Origin: Tubulanus polymorphus
Lineage: Eukaryota; Animalia; Nemertea
Length of the DNA: 64,000 nt
Direction of reading: 5' to 3'
Assembly (NCBI RefSeq): GCF_964204645.1
Contig: NC_134025.1
Span: 12,958,001-13,022,000, forward strand
Part shown: positions 59,601-64,000 of the stretch, one piece after another
How the letters are laid out: every line of letters begins with the position of its first letter
Position numbering within the stretch: the stretch's first letter is position 1
Position numbers and translations under genes: made by a program
Notes under the pieces: generated by a model
Seen by the model: only the letters and a program-made list of their open reading frames with translations
Told to the model about the DNA's origin: nothing
Databases searched by the model: none

Positions 59601-62600
59601 ACGGGTATTTGGAATGTAGGTTTATTCTGCATATGCACATAAATCTACAAAACAGATGTGTAAATTAGGATCCTAAATCAACACATTCGTCTTTTATATA
59701 CATTATCAAAACGTCGCATGTTTCCTTTATGATTGAAACAAATTTCATTGATGGACAATTTTTATGATTGTTATTTACTAGTCGCAATAACCAAGGCTGT
59801 GCACAAAGAATGGACGTACCGACATCTACGATTATGAGAATGGAAAACACAAAATGGCCCTATATATCTTCTTATGTTTCGCGATTGTTTCTATAAACCA
59901 ACTGTCACAGGTGGTGAACTGACACAGGGAGACCACAGTATGACTTAGGAAAAACATCTGCCAACTGAAAACACGTAGTAGTTTTTGTTGTTCGTGAACA
60001 GCAAGGCAGATACCAACAGTGTCCGGGGGCTATGACAACAATTCAATTTTTAACATGACAACATTCTTAAAAGTATAGTCTCAAAGCACAGTTGTCGGAT
60101 CCTATGTGTAATTTTAAAATGACACTGCAAATGGTCATCAGAAATTATTGCACATAACTAATATTCTAAAACATATATACATCAAACTGCTATGTTCCAC
60201 TCCAAAGCTTGATTATGAATGAGTAACTGAGGCCATTATTGGCCTATTATAACAGCCACTCGGCCACAAGCCTCTTGAGAAAATAAGACCTGAAAATACA
60301 GACTGGTATGGCATCAAATTGCAGCACTGAATAATTTGTCATAAAGCATTTGACAGAGAACAGGTGTATTAACGAAATTACTAGATAATATCACTTTGCT
60401 TCTTGATCACTAGAATTTACGAGGAAGTTTCTAGTTGTTTTTTGAATTGAAAACTTGAAAAAATGAAGGACTTTAAAAGCAATACGAATACGTCCTGACG
60501 GCTGACGGCTTTGAAATGATTAATAGAAGATGGTGTCTTCCTGTTTCTACCATTAATACTTAGAGAGGATACATGCCATCTTAAGCCAGGTGACTTTCCG
60601 ATTAATATTCTGGCGATGGGCTGACATTTTTTAATTTTCATTAATCGCTCGGCAGTAATTTGTCTTGCGGGCCGATTGTCGCTGACTTCCTGAAGATTGC
60701 AGTCTTGCTAGAGAGAACTTTGACAGTTGTACAAATTTGCCATGATCTGTGTTAATATGGACGAAGAAAAGACATGTCACTTTCCACGTGATGGATGGTG
60801 AACTAACATAGTAATATAAATATTAAACGAAAGAACTTTTTAATCTTGAACCACGTGATAAAAGGTCGTGGAGTCCACATAGGAAAAGTATAATTAATCA
60901 GCTTGACTATGTTTGTTCCAGCTATTATTTGAAATACTGACTTTGAAAAAAAAATGGTTCATTCAGCCAAAAGGATCATCTTTCCCGATACTGGCTTGAG
61001 AACTTTCTATTTCTTTTTCAAACTATGCATCAACTAAATTTTTATTACATTCATAACACAATTACTTCTTTTGTTCTCATGGCCCGAGGGATGACATCAG
61101 TAGAATTATCATCAAACCCTATAAATAACTAAACATTCAGTTCAACACGTCTGGTTAAAAAATATGTAAATGCTATTACGAAATCCCGACTGACCAGTGC
61201 TTCCGTAATCCTGCATTCAATTGGTCACTGTGATTTGATAAATATTTGATGCGATTATCGCACAGAAGAGAGCCCCAGAGCATCAAAAAACGTATCTGTT
61301 TTAATACCCAGCTTTCAGATTTCATCAGAACATTACACTCTTGATGCGTGGTCATTGATAACATTCATAACCCTGAGGGGCCATCAACTTTTTACAGAAA
61401 GACAGAAAAGGAGTGCCCTCACCGTAAGCCGTGAAGAAGATCTTGCTCTGATCAATCCATAGTCAAATTTGGCCTGTGTCAAATTTAAACTATGCAAAGT
61501 GAGACACACAGTGGACCCAGTTAGAATTTACATGTAATAATTTGGCGTGCTAAAAGTCCAACATTTTTGGTCGTGCCGAATTAGGCCGGGGCCAAACAGG
61601 CACAGGCCCATTTGGCACCCGTGTGAACAGTTGTTCGAAATTTCTCGTGTGATTGCGGATATAGCTTCTAAAAGGCCTTATTTCAAACCAAATTACATGT
61701 AATTCATGAATATTGGAGCTGAAGGAGCTGATAAGTCAGTTCCTAAGATATCCCATTTTCGGTCATTAAATGAACCCGCCATTAGCTGTGCACTAAAAAT
61801 AGATACGTCAGAAAATGATAGTGAACAGATACCACACCCTTTCTAACCAGCTCCATAACCAAAGACAAGAGTCTCAACGAGATAACTGTTAATGCTGTGA
61901 CAGAATTACTCATACAATTAATGCCACAGCTTAAATCATTTAGCCAGGCGTAAATTTCATTGTTAGTTGAAAAGCGAAGCGTAGAGCCCCCACTGTGCCT
62001 TGGTACCAACTAGGAGAAACGTTTATTGGGACATTATCCGTACCAATTTGACTTCAAGAGCTCTTCAGAGCATAAACATCCAGCTCATCCATTATTGCTG
62101 CAGTTCGGCGACAACATCGCCGAGGAACGGGCGTAACTTGATTAGACCGTCATCGTTCGCGCTTCGTCTCGGGGAAAATCTCTTGTTGTTGCAGACCAGA
62201 GTGCTCGCGTGAACTGCAGAGTAATTATGCAAAATGAAAGCATCCCGAAGAATAAACCAGCCCCGAAGAATGATTTGTCTTTCAATATCTCGTACTGAAC
62301 AGTCCCGACGAAGTGACCCAACAGAAAATTAGTGCCAAAGTGATGTCGGCTTGATAAAATTGAATGATGGATAGGCAGTATTTTGCCCAAGTAGTCAACA
62401 AGGCATTAGAGCTTGTAACCAAGTTACTTGATCGAGTGCGGCTAATGAAATTAGAGGAGCCATTAGGTTAGGACAAATTTATTGAGAATGCCTGCTCAAG
62501 ATAACGGCATCACTTCATAGTTGTCCTGTATTATAGCCATTTTCTGGCAGTAATCTTCCGCGAATACGACCTGGCATGACAAGCAGAAAAAAAACTTGAT

Positions 62601-64000
62601 GAAGACATCTGCGATGTCATTAGCATCAAATGATAAAAAAAATAGTGAGACGATTATGTATCATATCGCATAGCGGTTAATGGCTAAATGGAAAAATTTT
62701 ATTTGTTGGCAATGAATGGACCTCGAAAGTGATATTCGTCATTATTTGCAACAATTTCAAATTCACTTCTGCCGATTCTTGATCTAACAATGCTGAAAAA
62801 GACCGCGTTAACGGCATGAATTACCATTTAATGCAGACGCAGGCTCGACGGTCATTAAATGGCTGTTTTGCGCTTTCACTGTTCAATATTTTACATTTTC
62901 AAAGTTGGAGATTACAAGGAAAAAGCACTAGATCCGTAATTGATTTCTGGTGTCATAGGAAAAACCAAAGAACTCTGGCATTCTATGCCGGCTCCAATTC
63001 AAATGGTAGATTGCAAAATCGATGCAATGACTGCGCGCATGACTGCTTGAATTTCTTTCTTTTGACGCGATCGCTTTTGCCCACAGTCAAATGTATTTTG
63101 AAGTGAGATTGAATTAAAATTGCAAATAAACCAACAAACCGCACTACGGAGATATCGTTTCGATATCCGCATGCATGTAGGAGCCATGGTGCCGGCGGCA
63201 AAACAACGGAAAACCAACACCCACAGCGGCTAAACAAATCACATTGATGACTATCAAACATGATTGACGAAACAACACGACCACCACGATTACACCAAGG
63301 ATCATGATGGAACATGCTGTAACGCTCACATATTCCTGAGCATGAACTAAATTACAAATGCGGAGAAACCTAATTTCAACTTTCTGAACGAACCGTTCAA
63401 TGATCAAGAAGCTCTACTTAGTAAGTATAATGAGCTATAGAAGTTTTTTTACCTCCGATTATCTTATTATCTATTCAATGAAAGAATATTCGCGTCTGAC
63501 ACTAGAATTGACTTATAATAATCGTTGTAGTCGGAAAATACACAGTCAGTCGGTAAACATGCGATGCGGCGTACCGATGCTGGAAAGTCAAATAGCCCTA
63601 AAATGAATGAAATGCACAGGTAAAAATGTAAATAGGCAGAACACTCTGTAAGTTTTTGAAATATTTACTCACATAGATCGTAAGAGAACGAACAAACACC
63701 GTGTAGCTGTCATTCGTCAGTGACTGTTTACCTGTTCTCAGTGACATGATGCTGCAAGAGGCCAATATTACCAGGGACACAATGTTACAGAGCCCAAGTG
63801 CTGGCTGTAGCCAAAATATATTAAACCTTCACGAGTTTCCATGTTGATATATTGAGTGCATTCATTTATTGTGCATTTGAAAGAACCACTTGGATCGGAA
63901 TGAAGCTTTTGATAAAATTCCTAAAAGGTCATTTTTTCATAAATTCTTCTTTCGTACTTCTATTTCAATATGATGAAAGACAAATAGCAGGATTTGGTTA

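Noticed and set aside
51245-64000. Search for the preceding Meis exon ([25 protein letters not shown]) and for nested genes
   Set aside because: Not found by eye; the short ORFs here show no recognisable motifs or in-phase splice chains.

Overview
AT-rich, intron-containing animal DNA, probably from a marine invertebrate (lophotrochozoan-like; this is inference). Four protein-coding genes can be rebuilt by hand. (1) FANCM on the minus strand: 20 coding exons between 20700 and 728, about 2268 codons, continuing past the left edge. (2) MAP10/KIAA1383 on the plus strand with an intronless CDS, head-to-head with FANCM. (3) A five-exon plus-strand gene at 35772-38648 that the ORF track shows only as fragments; it encodes a 247-aa protein with two muconolactone-isomerase (CatC)-like repeats. 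(4) The last three coding exons of a Meis/homothorax TALE homeobox gene on the minus strand, joined through a GC-AG intron. The left half is dense in nested transposon relics: IS3EU-like MITEs, Helentron-associated (HINE/pearl-like) elements, a Kolobok-like element and a LINE fossil. It also holds a Penelope-like retroelement whose inverted pLTRs carry a minimal hammerhead ribozyme with a natural C3G/G8C swap of the core base pair. The Meis half is poor in recognisable transposons and rich in TALE/PBX motifs. All calls come from manual reading; no searches were run.
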